Source of the DNA: Mytilus trossulus
Taxonomy: Eukaryota
Reading direction: 5' to 3'
Assembly: GCF_036588685.1 (NCBI RefSeq)
Contig: NC_086375.1
Location: 75,826,001-75,890,000, forward strand
Length of the DNA: 64,000 bases
Part shown: positions 11,901 through 26,900 of the stretch, one piece after another
Numbering within the stretch: the first letter of the stretch is position 1
Layout of the letters: each line of letters begins with the position of its first letter
Notes under the pieces: model-generated
Told to the model about the DNA's origin: nothing
Seen by the model: the letters and a program-made list of their open reading frames with translations, nothing else
Database searches by the model: none
Program-made: the position numbers and the translations under genes

Positions 11901-14900
11901 ACATGGATACATTAATTCTGATAAGGAACACTGAAATAAAGACATCAATTCTGATAAGGAACACTGAAATGGATTCATTAATTTTGATAAGGAACACTGA
12001 AATGGAGACATTAATTCTGATAAGGAACACTGAAATAGATACATTAATTCTGATAAGGAACACTGAAATAAAGACATTAATTCTGAGAAGGAACACTGAA
12101 ATGGATACATTAATTCTGATAAGGAACACTGAAATAGATACATTAATTCTAATAAGGAACACTGAAATGGATACATTAATTCTGATAAGGAACACTGAAA
12201 TAGATACATTAATTCTGATAAGGAACACTGAAATTGATACATTTAATTCTGATAAGGAACACTGAAATAGACATTAATTCTCATAAGGAACACTGAAATA
12301 GAGACATTAATTCTGATAAGGAACACTGAAATAGAGACATTAATTCTGATAAGGAACACTGAAATAGAGACATTAATTCTGATAAGGTACATTGAATTAG
12401 ATACATTAACTTGGGGTCTCATTGGGGGGGTTCTGATCCCAGATCCCGCTCACTGTTTTCTTAGATTCCCGTATCCCACTTACACTATGTACATAAGCAA
12501 TTCTCAATTTTTTTGTCATTTCCCAGGTCCCGCAAGACCTCATTTCCCGTTTTCACGACACAATAATTTGACTTTCACGTTTCCCTCTTACGAAAAATTG
12601 GCAATCACGCGTCACGCTTAAACCCCAATGAGACCCACTTAACTAACATAGCTGTTGGTTTGATGTCTAACTGACATTAAAGTTGCAAAGGTCTTGAACT
12701 GAAAAACTCAAAAAAACTAAAAACCTAGTGGCTTAAAAGAGCCTGAGTTGATCACTTGAATCAATGTTCATCTTAATCATTATAGCCACTCTCCATCATT
12801 GCTTTTCAAAGTTCCCCAAAAATTATAGCGTTTATGATAAAAGTCAATAACGCAAATCATGGTAATAATTGTTATTTAAGAGCAATAACTCTTTATAGTT
12901 GACTGTTGATTGAAGTCATGTGGACTTATTTACTGATAAATTTTGCTATTTTCTAAATTTATAACTATCAATTATAGTATTCTTGATAATAGGCAAAAAA
13001 ATATAAAAATCGGGAAAATCTTTATTTCACAACCAGAGTAAGTAGATCTCAACATTCCCAACATTTCTGTTTCAGACAGATTTTCTCCGGTTACAGTGAT
13101 TTTCAAGATAATAGACAAAGTGCATTGTACTCCTGTTTTAATCTCAGCCATATCAGCCATGTTCTTTTATGGTAGAAAGTTGTCTATAATATGATTTTAA
13201 TATGTGTATTTTAATGTAATACCAAAATGCTATATAATAATGACATTTGTAACATACCCTAAAATGGTAAGCCATTGTGGCTGGTCCTTTCCTCTCTGAA
13301 GCGGTCATTGGTTTGGCAGGCTGTTTTGTCTGAAAAAAATAATTAAATACTTATCTATAAAAGAATGGGAAAAAATAATATGACAAAACTCACATGATTT
13401 ACTACTAAGCCTACAGTAGAGGATACTTTAACTTGAAATACCTCTCTTGTAATATTTTTTGTATATTGCAGGTTTCTTGGTATTAGAGATGTATACATTA
13501 TTGTTTATCTTTATATAGAGTATTGAAGTATTCAAGTCATAGTAACCTATATTTTGTGAGATGCTAATTCTCCCTAGACATTTCTGTACAATACGTTATA
13601 TGATTACATGACACCTAATAACTGAGATATAAACTAAGATATAAACTAAGTTAAAAAGCAATATTGCTAATAAGTTTAAAAAGACTTAAAAAAAATGATG
13701 GTTATGTGGCCATCTTGATCTTATGGAAGTTTCTCAACACAAATTAGTATTAAAAGTAGGTCATATACAGTTTTGGAGCACACACAGACAGGAATGCTAA
13801 GAATATCAAGACAATCCCTTCTGTTTACTAGTTTTGTTATCTTGCCTACCTTGTCTGCCTTTCCACCTCTCAGTTTCTTAAAGAACTCAAATGGAGATTT
13901 AGATGTATTTCTCCTGGATCTTTGTTGTCTGGCACTGGGGGCTAATGAACCTGTTCTTGTTATATTTGACTGAAACAAATCCTTTATCAACAGACTGTTA
14001 CTCGCTGAAAATATGGTAAAACATTAACTTATCACTTATATAGTAGCCTAACATTATTTCTAACTTGTAAGGACAACTAAAGGATAACATACAGTTTACC
14101 CTTTTCACTGAACTAGTACACATTCTTATTCAAGAGCCAGCTGAGGCCCACCTCTGGGTGTGGTATTTGGTCCAAGGACACAGTTATCGTCCTTTGGTTT
14201 TCGTTGTCTACGAATATAGTCCCTAGTGTAAACAGTGTATAACTTGCATGTTTTATTTGATACACTTTCCAAATTTATTTCTTGATATTAAATGCATGAA
14301 ATATTAAGTAGGGGGATGTAATTACATGTCAAAAAACTTTTGGTGCTGAATCTTTATGTTAAGTAGTGAATTGGTCCAGTTCTAAGAGGTCAAATTTTAT
14401 CACGTCTGACTCTGTCAAACTGAATTTTACACCCCCTTAACACAGAATTGTCAATATTTTGAGTTAGAGCTGGTAGAAGTTTCTATAATTTTGATAACAT
14501 TTGTCTCACTGGTAGTACACTACACTGTAAAAATCTTTTTGAGAAAGAGCAGGTGTGATTTTTTTAATTTGAATTTATTGTCTTGAATTTAATGTCTAAA
14601 AGAAGTGCACTACGAAATAACTGTGTTCTCGGGCCATTTTCTCAATGGATTAAAGATCCATCGGTGGCCTTCAGTTATTTTCTGCTCTTTGGTAGCATTG
14701 TTGTCTATCTGACATCTTCCCCTTTTCCATTCTCAATTTTATTCAACTGTGGACAAAAGTCTGTGCAGTATTCCAATCATCAAATGTGGAGTCAAAAAAA
14801 GTTATTTACTATATATAATCAACAACTTTTCAATCCAATAAACAATTTATTTTTTTATTACAAATTTAATTTATTACGCTATCAGATTTTACTTTATGAT

Positions 14901-17900
14901 ATGGTACAAAAATCAACCAAAACAATGGCCCCAGATGACTTTTAAAATGTGTATATCATTGATAAAGCTCCAAATTATCTCCCTTTGGTGCAAAAAAGCC
15001 ATTTTTTTGCATCAAAATTGAAATATCTTTTTTCTCATCGGTGACCTAAGTTTTTTTATTATTATTTTCAAATAAGCTGTACTTCCACTTATTCTTTCAG
15101 CTAACAAAGTAGCTTTGATATTCAAATTTTTTAAAGTGAATTTCACAGTTACTTACTTTTCATAGTATACATAATGGAGTTAGGCAGTGTATCTCTATTT
15201 TTATCCAGTGTTCCAAGTAGATTATAAGTCACTGCTCCAGCAAAATGGACAACTGTAAATGTTCCACCACCATCTTTTGGTGACTTATATACATGTGAGA
15301 ATTTCTTTCCTGGAAAAAAAAATATTATAATTTGTGAATTGTTTCAGTTAGCTTCAAACTGTGGAAATATTATTATAAATCATCAGCAGGAATAAAATAC
15401 ATAAGTTGGAAGATTTTGGACGTTCTGATTTATTAACTGTAGCCTTTCAATACTAATGCAAGATTTATCAAAATGGACAAGAAATGTCTTATAAATTAGT
15501 ATGAAATATTTAAGATAACTGATACCTGGTCCTTGATGTAATTTAGCAGCTAATGACAGATCTGTTGCTTTAGGAAATCTACTTTCTTCATCTAGTACTG
15601 CAAATACTCCAGTGTGTTTCTAAAATAAACAGTATTTGTATATTAAAAACAAGAATGTGTCCAAAGTAAACGGATGCCCCACCCCCACTTTCACTTTCTA
15701 TGTTCAGTGGGCCATAAAAGTGGGATAAAAAATTTAATTTGGCATTAGATTAGAAAGATCATGCCATAGGGAACATGTGTACTAAATTTCAAGTTGATTG
15801 GACTTCAACTTCATCAAAAACTACCTTGACCAAAAACTTTAACCTGAAACTCTCACTTTCATTTTCTATGTTCAGTGGACCGTGAAATTGGGGTCAAAAG
15901 TTTAACTTGGCTGTTAAATTAGAAAGATCATATCATAAGGATCATGTATACTAAGTTTCAAGTTGATTGGACTTCAGCTTCATCAAAAACTACCTTGACC
16001 AAAAAATTTAACCTGAAGCGGGACAGACGGACGAACCGTACGACGGAAGAATGAAAGGACAGATGGACGAACGGTACGACAGACGAACGGACGAACGAAC
16101 AGATGCACAGACCAGAAAACATAATGCCCCTCTTTTATCGTAGGTGGGGCATAATAACATGACCTTTAGGAGAGTCTTCCACCTATCATTTTATAAAGCA
16201 ATAAAATTTGGTCTTGCAGCTTCTTTGAAGGAACTTACGGACAATCAGGTGTACAGAAGGACAAGTGTTACACTTAATGCCCACTCTGAATGAGCTGCAG
16301 CTCAAATTTTTTTAAAGAGTGGAACTTTTTGAATATTTAGTGAAAATGTTTATCTCAAATTAAATATCAAAGTCATCTTTCAACTAAAGGGACTTCAACT
16401 TTTTGATACTGAAAAAATATGTAGTATTTGAAAATAAAGAAAGGTGTTCCTTAAGAATTTACCATTAACTTTTTAGGTAGCTTGGGGTCTAAATTTCTAA
16501 ATTAAAATCCATAGAATATTTTACTTATTCATCAAAAGGTTGTTTATATCATGCTTTTTTCAAAAATATAATAAATAGTATGGGGTCACCAGGCTTACAT
16601 TGATTCCCACTACAGGTTGTGCAAAATTGTAGAATTTTGTTTTAGATAATGCATTGAAAACAGAATTTTGAGATAAAATATGAGAAGATAGCTCTTATTA
16701 TGTGCTTTAAGATTAGAAAAAGAAAATATGGGGTCGCAGAAATAATAGAATTCAAATTTTCTTGCTATAAAATAAAATTGGTTAATTTACAACACATTTT
16801 ATTGCAAAAGTTACTTTACCTGCATTATCTCCCCTTACATTTGAGTTGTCTCTACTTATGTGGAAAAGTTGAAAAAAAAATAATTAAACAAAATTTTTCA
16901 AATACATCCATAAATATGATAAAACATCTTATGAATCACATTCTACTCTCGAAATTTGCACATTTTATTAAAGATCTAGACCGATTGTTATCTGGTATTT
17001 CAAAATCCAAGATAGAGAAAGACACCTCCGTGCAAGGGCTGTATAGCCAGTCAAGATAATTAAAAACTCCCATCATCATCAGACGCTTTAATTCTTGAAA
17101 ATATTAATAATCTCTTCAATTCTGATGGTTTTGCAAGTTACCTCCATAAAGGTATCCAGGATAGACTGATTATTTTTGTAAGTTAAATCCACCAATTTAA
17201 TGCCTTCTAACAAACAGTCCTGTTGTTCTTTGTTAAATAGATGCTCATTGGTAAAATTCTGCATCTGCTCATTAGCCAAGTTGATACAAATCTTAAAAAT
17301 AAAATGAACTTTGAAAAGATGTACATAATATTGTATAATTTAAAAGATAGCAGACAATCAAATGTTTTTAAATTGTGTTACATTTTGCCATCACTTAGCT
17401 TATTATAGCTACAATATAATACAGTTTTGCTCATTGCAGAGAGACATATGGTACCCTGTACAATTGTTCACATCTTTGTCCTTTGGGTTTTGATGTATAG
17501 TTGTGTCATTGGTAATATATCCAGCATCTCTTTGTTTTTATATAATTTACCCAAAGTAAAACTCCTCAAATCATCAAAACAATTTTGTGTGTTAATATTT
17601 AGTAATCTAGCATCATGTTATTTCACTCCTATATATATGTAATCTTTCAAGCTGTAATATCATCCAAAATCATTGAAATATGATAAAAGACAAAACCAAG
17701 TCAACAGATTTGAACAGTAAGGTAAAATTATGTTCCTTCTTTGTTCAAGAATAATAAGCAATTGAAATATGTCTGTTATCTACATATTAAAGTATCTCCA
17801 AGTTTGGCAACTGGATGATTATTTATGAAACCTAAACTTTATCTTTGATGTCAAGTGTGAATTTCACACATAGACTTTTGTAGAGTTAAAAGTAAACTTG

Positions 17901-20900
17901 TAAATCTTTCTCATTAATTCTAAAGAAAACTATTTACCTGCTCAAAGCTATTCACTTTGAAATTTTCAAAGCCAAATATATCCAATATACCAACATTATA
18001 CTGTTCAATTCTAGAAAAAAAAATATCATTCAGTATTCCAAAGTACAATATACTAAATTATTTGGGTATCTTGATAGTTTTTTAAAACCTTCCTATTATA
18101 TATCTAACCCTACAGCAGCTTATAAGTTTAATGAGATGTTCCATTCCATTAATTAATAATTAAGTAAAAATTTTAATCAACTTATATATGATTATCTATC
18201 AGATGGAGGTTGTTATAAAGGGACATAACTCTACCCATAAAAAAAAATGAGATGTTTAAAGGCTTCTTATGATTAAAATTGTAATACTTGACAAAATATT
18301 TTATCTCATAATCGAGTTTTATTATATATTCTATTTATGAACTTTCTTTACTTGCCTACATATTTTTGTGAGCATCTCTAAACTGTCTTATTTATCTTAC
18401 AATCCCTCATTTTCTCATTTGAATTGGAAATTGAGGTTGTCTTTCATTTTCCAATGCTTAAGAATAGAGGTTTTAATAGTGATAAAATATTCAATAGTTG
18501 TACCTGTAATATGTTGGTTCAACTAGTTGGTTTATGCCATTAACAATCCAACTAAACAATCGGCTATAAATAGCTTTGGCGAGAGCATCTCGACAGTCAG
18601 AAGCTTGTTGTACAGTTCGGTCTTTTTTTATCTGTTCACCTACAACATGCAAACCACATGCACACATGCAAAACAAAAATAAATAAAAACAGATTTAGTA
18701 AGCCTCTGTTAATTGCTACTTCTTTTTCAGATGAAAACGAAATTTAATAATTCAAACAAATAAATTTTTATTTATTAAGTCTACAATATCTATTCCAAAC
18801 ATAAAAACAAAAATCCCAAATCAGAATATAATATATTGGTAACAAACAACAACTGATTAATACAAAAATAGCATGCATCTAAAAATAAAATCTCAAACCA
18901 AGGACAAGCCATAACAATAACAACAACAAAACAAAAAAAATATTTATGATTAAGGGGGCTAGCGGGTCTAAATCAATTTTTTTATTTAATATAGGATGTC
19001 GCTATATTTTTCTATAAATGAACTTTATCTTATACTTAATAGAAAAATTAAATTAAAAAATGGGGTCATTGTTCATTTACGCTCACAATGTGCCATCGAA
19101 AAAAGCATACGTTTTTGTTAATGTCCCTTTTTTCTGTTGAACTAATAGGAGAAATAGAGGTAATATCAAAATAAAAAAAGAACTAAATTACAGAAATCGC
19201 TTAAATTGTGCAATTATTTAGTTTATGTACAGCTTATTCGAAAACAACAATAAAAAATATAGGTCACCGATGAGTTAAAAAAGATATTTCAATTTTAATG
19301 CCCCAAAATGACATTTTTGCACCAAAGGGAGATAATTTGGAGCTTTTTCAATGATATCTACATGTTAAAAGTCACCTGGGGCCAACACGAATTTATTTTT
19401 TGGAAAGATTTTTGTACCATATGATAAAGTAACAACTATTTAAGGTAATAAATAAAATTTGAAATAAAAAATAAATGTTTAATTTTTTTCTAAAATTTTT
19501 ATACCCGCGAGCCTCCTTAAGCACACTTTTTGTAAGTTTATATTCTTTGTTGCAGTGTAAAAATATCCTACACAAGGTTATTTTTTCTGTGACTGTAAAT
19601 GACATTTTTATACTATAAAATTCATTATAAGTTGGATGCTTACTGATTAATATTTTAGTCCTAGATACACGAGATTTTTTATTAATTGTTACCGGTATTG
19701 GTTTTGAAATAGATTTCAGTACTCTCAGTCATCCATTCTGTGAGATTCGGAACAGGAGTAACAAATGAAAGTACTATCTCCTCTAAAGAATAAAACCCTC
19801 AAAACTGTCCCCCTTTTAAGTTTTTGTCTGATCATCAAATTAGTCCCAAGTTTTTAAGGTAAGATAATATTTGTACAAATTTGCAGAAAATGACACAAAA
19901 AAATAAATTTATAAGCATATAATGCTTCAAAACAAATAAAATCATAAAAAAGTAAACTCTTCATATAAAGTAAATATATTTGTAAATAACTGCAAAATAC
20001 AGATTCAGTCTTTGCATTCAAATGGATTTTTTAACATTTACATACCTCTTGTTGTTGTATACTCTGCTACTAAGGCAGAACTGAGTTCCTCTGGTGATAC
20101 ATCAAGCATGGAGGACACTATAATTATAAAATTGTCATTTATTATCACATATCCCTAAAAATCAAAGTCAAACTAGTCACTAAAGACAAAAGTATAAAAG
20201 TATAAAGTTATATTTCCAAACCATAACAATGGATTAGCTAGATCAGAACTTCACAAGTTAAATAAAGGTCTGAAGCATGGTGATAATAGATATAAGAAAT
20301 TATAACAATATGAGGGCATACACCACAAGCATGGGAACACATTCTACTGCATCCACACAGCACAAGCAACAAACTGCAATAAATAGATTTAAGAAATTAA
20401 AAAATATAACCATAAGTCCCTTTAAATATCTATCAATGTATTTTGATTCGTTTTAAAATTTCCAATTACATAAAAATGATTGATAGCAATTTCCTTAATA
20501 CTCTTGAGTTTTATGAGCATGTCACAAATTTGAAATGTAAAACAATATGCAAAATTATAGAAATTGGCAGGTCTGCAAAGGTATCTCTTTCTACACAATC
20601 AGAAAGTAGACCAAGAAATGCAAAACTAGCTTTATTTTAAAATGTACATCAAATTCCATAAAGCTGACCAATAATGGCTTGTGTAAGATTTCGTCTCATT
20701 CCTAAAATTGCTGAAGTAGATGCATGCTTTTATGATATATTTCATTTCATATAAAAAAAAATATTGCAAAATAAATACTTCTCAAAATTAAAATTGTCGT
20801 TTATTTTCTTATAAAATATTATTATAATCCATTTATTTGCAAGATGAAAGTAAGATTAAACTATGTAAATTATACTGTTGAATTAAAAGTATTAACTAAA

Positions 20901-23900
20901 TTTACATTACCTTCTTCAATTTTGTTTTCATTTGCAATAGTAGCAGCATCTGTTTTACTGTGGGGAAAGAAGGTAATATCACCTATATGGATTACTGCAG
21001 CCAAGGTCAGCAGTAAATTCTGAATATCCTATATAAAGAAATAAGAAAAGGTGGCAATAATTCAAATCTTTAATGAATCACAAATAGTTTTAAAAGAAAC
21101 AACACAATATATAAATTATATAAATGTACTGTAAATTCAGAAATTATTGTGTGCATTTATTATTGCAATTTTGTCATTTCAGAATAAAATGCGATTTTAA
21201 TGTTTGCCATATTCAGTTGAAACACTTTGACTATGAAATGTCAACATCAGAATCAATAAAATTTGTATCCAATATGAAAAGGATATTAATAATAATATCT
21301 TGACTTACAATTATTTGATGAAATATTTGTTTTTTTGCAATACATTGATACTCTGCTTACTCTTTAGTTTTCTATGTTGTGTCATGTGTTCTATTGTTTG
21401 TCTGTTTGCCTATTTCATTTTTAGCCATGGTGTTGTCAGTTTATTTTTCGATTTATGAGTTTGACTGTCCCTCTAGTACTTTTCGGCCCTCTTTTCACGC
21501 AAACTTTCAGCATTTTATTGAAAAATCCTATGCAAATCAAGTATGAAAAAAAAATCAATTGAGGAAAGGATTAAGGAATTTGGTGAAATAAAATGTTTCA
21601 AACACTAGAAAATCTTCAAAAATTCTACAAATGTGAGTTTACAGAGTAAGATGAACATTTTGCATACAAATCTTAATAATAACTTTTTTCTTTCTGTGTA
21701 TTCAAATACTGTAAATTCAGAAATTATTGCGTGCATTTATTATTGCGATTTTACACTTGAATGCGATTTTAATTTTTACGATTTTGAGAAAAGTCATGCT
21801 GAATTCAGTTAAAATATCGCAAAATGCGAGTTTTAATTATTGCGTTTACAACTCAGTCGCATTATTCGCAATAATAAAAACCTCGCAATAATTTCTGAAT
21901 TTACAGTATTCAAATGCAACACCAGACTTATAATTGTAATTTTACTAAAAATGTTACCAAACATAGGCTTTTCCTCATCAAACTTACATCTGCAGAAAAT
22001 CCAATAAAGCCAAGACATTTTTTCAGGTCCCAGAATTTCTCTTTATTTTCTTTATTTTGTAGTTGTGTCATTTCAACTCTACTTCTTACATATCTGTAAA
22101 ATAAAACTTTGTTCATTACTTCTTCAACTTTTAATAAATAATCATACAAGAGTGCACACTATACATTTATTTCCCGTGCCTGAGGGAGATATGAAGATTT
22201 GTTCACCCAAGAATATTCATATTTCACGAGGGCTCTGCCCGAGGGAAATGTGATTTTTTGGGGGTGAACAAATCTTCATATCTCCGGAGGCCAAGGGAGA
22301 TGATTGTTTTATTCCACTGCCTAAGCTTTGTATACTATCTGAACTTCAAATATTAGTTTGCATACCGACATTTTTCAGACTTATATTGGCTTGTTTTTAT
22401 TACTGAACACAACATACGTATTGATAAACAGTACAGATAAACATTGATTATTTAATTAGTCTTTTTGTTTTAACGTTTGAAATAACTTTGAACACGATAA
22501 TGATATTTGCTATTGCTATTTAGAAAATAAGAAGTTCAAGACGTTATGTACATAAACCGCGCATAACGTCGCACGAATTAGTCCCAACATGTCAGAGGGG
22601 AATATGATACTCAGAGGTGAATATGAAGTTTTGTTCGACGTCACGTGTCAAAGTTTCAACCAATCAAATGTTGATTTCGCTATCAAAATCAACATGCAGT
22701 GGAATAAACTGAAATGTCTCACCTTCTATACCATTGATAGAATGTTGTCAGTCCTAAATATAAAGCTTTATTTCAACAATATATTTTTTAATTTTTTTTA
22801 AATTCATAAAAAAGAACTAAGTTGTTTATTCATGATATTACCGGTACATATATATTTCTATAAAAATGACATTAATCTAACTAGAGGCTCCAAAGAGCCT
22901 GTGTCGCTCACCTTGGTCTATGTGAATATTAAACAAAGGAAGCAGATGGATTCATGACAAAATTGTGTTTTGGTGATGGTGATGTGTTTGTAAATCTTAC
23001 TTTACTAAACAGTCTTGCTGCTAACATTTATCTCTATCTATAATGAACTTGGCCCAGTAGTTTCAGTGGAAAATGTTAATAAAAATTTACAAATTTTATG
23101 AAAATTGTTAAAAATTGACTTTAAAGGACAATAACTCCTTAGGGGGTCAATTGACCATTTCGGTCATGTTGACTTAATTGTAAATCTTACTTTGCTAAAC
23201 ATAATTGCTGTTTACAGTTTATCTCTTTCTATAATAATATTCAAGATAATAACCAAAAACAGCAAAATTTCCTTAAAATTACCTTAAAAGGGGCAGCAAC
23301 CCAACAATGGGTTGTCAGATTTATCTGAAAATTATAGGGCAGATAGATCTTTATCTGATAAACAATTTTACCCAATGTCGGATTTGCTCTAAATGCTTTG
23401 GTTTTTGAGTTATAAGCCAAAAACTGCATTTTACCCCTATGTTCTATTTTTAGCTGTGGCGGCCATCTTGATTTGATAGTCGGGTCAACGGACACATTTT
23501 TAAAACTAGATACCCCAAAGATGATTGTTGCCAAGTCTGGATTAATTTGGCCTAGTAGTTTCATAGGAGAAGATTTTTGTAAAAGATAATTAAGATTTAC
23601 GAAAAATGGTTAAAAATTGACTATAAGGGCAATAACTCCTAAAGGGGTCAACTGACCATTTCGGTCATGTTGACTTATTTGTAAATCCTACTTTGCTAAA
23701 CATTATTGCTGTTTACAGTTTATCTCTATCTATAATAATATTCAAGATAATAACCATAAAACAGCAAGATTTCCTTTAAATTACCAATTCAGGGGCAGCA
23801 ACCCAACAAAGAGTTGTCTAATTCGTATGGAAATTTCAGGGCAGATAGATCTTGATCTGATAAACAATTGACCCCATGTCAAATTAGCTCTAAATGCTTT

Positions 23901-26900
23901 AATTTTTGTGTTATAAGCCAAAAACAGTATTTTACCCCTATGTTCTATTTTTGGCTATGGCGGCCATTTTGTTTGGTGGACCGGGTCACCGGACACATTT
24001 TTTGAACTAGATACCCCAATAACAATTGTGGCCAAGTTTGATTGAATTTGGCCCAGTAGTTTCAGAGGAGAAGATTTTTGTAAAAGATTACTTTAATTTA
24101 AGAAAATGGTTAAAAATTGACTATAAAGGACAATAACTCCTTAACGGGTCAACTGGCCATTTCAGACATGATGACATATTTGTATATCTAACTTTGCTGA
24201 ACATTATTGCTGTTTACAGTTTATCTCTATCTATAATAATATTCAAGATAATAACCAAAAACTGCAAAATTTCCACAAAATTACCAATTCAGGGGCAGCA
24301 ACCCAACAACAGGTTGACCGATTCATCTGAAAATTTCAGAGCAGATAGATCTTGACCTGATAAACATTTTTATCCCATGTCAGATTTCCTCTAAATCCTT
24401 TGGTTTTTGAGTTATAAGCCAAAAACTGCATTTTACCCCTATGTTCTATTTTTAGCCATGGTGGCCATCTTGGTTGGTTGACCGGGTCACGCCACACATT
24501 TTTTAAACTAGATACCCCAATGATGATAGTGGCCAAGTTTGGTTCAATTTGGCCCAGTAGTTTCAGAGGAGAAGATTTTTGTAAAAGTTAACAACGACGA
24601 CGGACGACGGACGCCGGACGACGGACGATGACGGACGCCGGACGCAAAGTGATGGGAAAAGCTCACTTGGCCCTTCGGGCCAGGTGAGCTAAAAATGAGA
24701 GCTTTTGTACCACATAAAATAATGTTTAAACAGATATTCCCTATACTCTGACCTTCACATCTAAGACAAGCAACTTTACCTATGAGCATTAACAGACTGC
24801 AGATGGAATAAATTAAATTCTTCTGGTGTTAGTCCAGAAAACATCCAATAAAATATGTGAAAGTTTCTTTCTCCTTCATTCTGGTAGACAACACGAGACT
24901 TCTCCAACAAAAACTCTGTTAATTTGGCTACAGAAGAAAGATATCATAAACATACAAGTCATTCATAAGTATGTATTTTTGTAACATGTTCTGTTTGATC
25001 TCATTTCATTTATACAGATACCAAACACATAACTTTTATTCATTTTGTGGAATTTTGTGTAAATTATTTTTTTCTATTGAAAAATAAGAAATCCCTTGTT
25101 CTAATTTTACACATTCAATTGCAAATCATTTAAAAACAAGAATGTGTCCAAAGTACATGGATGCCCCACTGGCACTATCATTTTCCATGTTCCATGGACC
25201 GTGAAGTGGGGTCAAAAGTCTAATTTGGCTTTAAAATTAGAAATATCATATCATAACAATCAAGTGTACTAAGTTTCAAGTTGATTGGACTTCAGCTTCA
25301 TCAAAAACTACCTTGACCAAAAACTTTAACCTGAAAATCCCACTTTCATTTTATTTGTTCGGTTGACCATGAAATTGGAGTCAAAAGTCTAATTTGGCTT
25401 TAAAATTAGATATATCATATCATAAGCAACAAGTGTACTAAGTTTCAAGTTGATTGGACTTCATCTTCATCAAAAACTACCTTGCCCAAAAACTTTAGCC
25501 TGCGGACGAACAAATGGACGAACGAACAGACGAACGAGCAGACGGACGAACGAATGAACGGAGCCACAGACCAGAAAACATAATGCCCCTCTACTATCAT
25601 AGGTGGGGCATAATTACAATACAATATACAGGCCCGTAGCCAGGAATTTCCAAAGGGGGGTTCGTTGGACTCACAAACTCGACTTTAACAGTCACAATTC
25701 GAACAGAACATTGCCTTTAACAGTCCTTATTTGTTTTCAAGGGGGGGGGTTCATCCGAACCCCCCTGGCTACGGGTATGATATAGTCCTCAATATATACA
25801 ATTTAAAGTAGGCCTCAACTGTAAATGCATGAAAGCATAAAGGAACAACAAAAAAAAGCATATTTTAACTACTAGCTGGTATACTTATTTAGTTACTGGT
25901 ATAAGAGCATAGAAAATGTAACTAATATATAACTAGATATAAGAAGATGCAGTATGAGTGCCAATGAGACAACTCTCCAACCAAGTAAAAGTAAACCATA
26001 ATATTACAAAATACGGTCTTCTACACGGAGCCAACTGTCCAATAAGCTGTCAAATATCTCTACAGAATTCTTACCTCCAACTAATTTTCCCTGCTGACTA
26101 AACATTAATTCAATAAATTTAGCAAAGCGACTAGAATTATCATTTATCATCGTCTGTGCATTCCCAAAAGCTTCTAACAAAGGATTCACCTAAAAACATC
26201 AAGATCATATCTAAATTATGCATGCAGTCATTTGTGACCAATATTTAATCAACAAACTGTATTATCCTGCTATTCAAATATATTATAAGTTACATTCAGA
26301 AATGTTTATGTGCATTTATTATTACAATTGTTCAACAATAGACACAAAATGTGAAAATATATTGTTGAATATCTGGAAATACTGTGGATTCATTATTATT
26401 TGTTTGGATACTAACAGTAGATTATATGTGTGTGTAGGGTCACCATGAATTTAAATGTTCAAAGAATTGCAAATTTTCTATGGGAATGTATGCAAACATT
26501 TTAAGAACCACAAAATCAATATCCACGAAAATAGAAGTTTTCGTAGATCAAATAGTTCTATGAACAGCTACCTCATTGCCAGTAACTATAGATTGTATAA
26601 TTACCTGATTAATTTTGTTATTCAAGTTACCCTCTTCACTGCCAGTTACCCTAGCCAGATGTTGGACCAATAGTTTACATGTTTCAGACTTTCCTGCTCC
26701 ACTTTCACCACTGATGACACAGCACTGGGAGGTTTTATCATTCCTCATTGAACCATATGCCTCCTCAGCTGTGCAATAAAGATGAGGAGGTAGGGAGGTT
26801 AAATCTCCTGTCATGTGATACAAAGTAGAAACCTACAATAGAAAGGAGTTGAATGTTTGATTAATAGTTGCTAAACAACCAGCAGCAAATATCCATTTTT

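Noticed and set aside
10559-12265. Overlapping repetitive ORFs on both strands ([31 protein letters not shown])
   Set aside because: By-products of the 33-bp array; only the part from 10614 (possibly up to 10713) can belong to the myosin.
23241-24789. ORFs of 66-107 aa on the minus strand
   Set aside because: They lie in the core repeats and microsatellite of a non-autonomous element.
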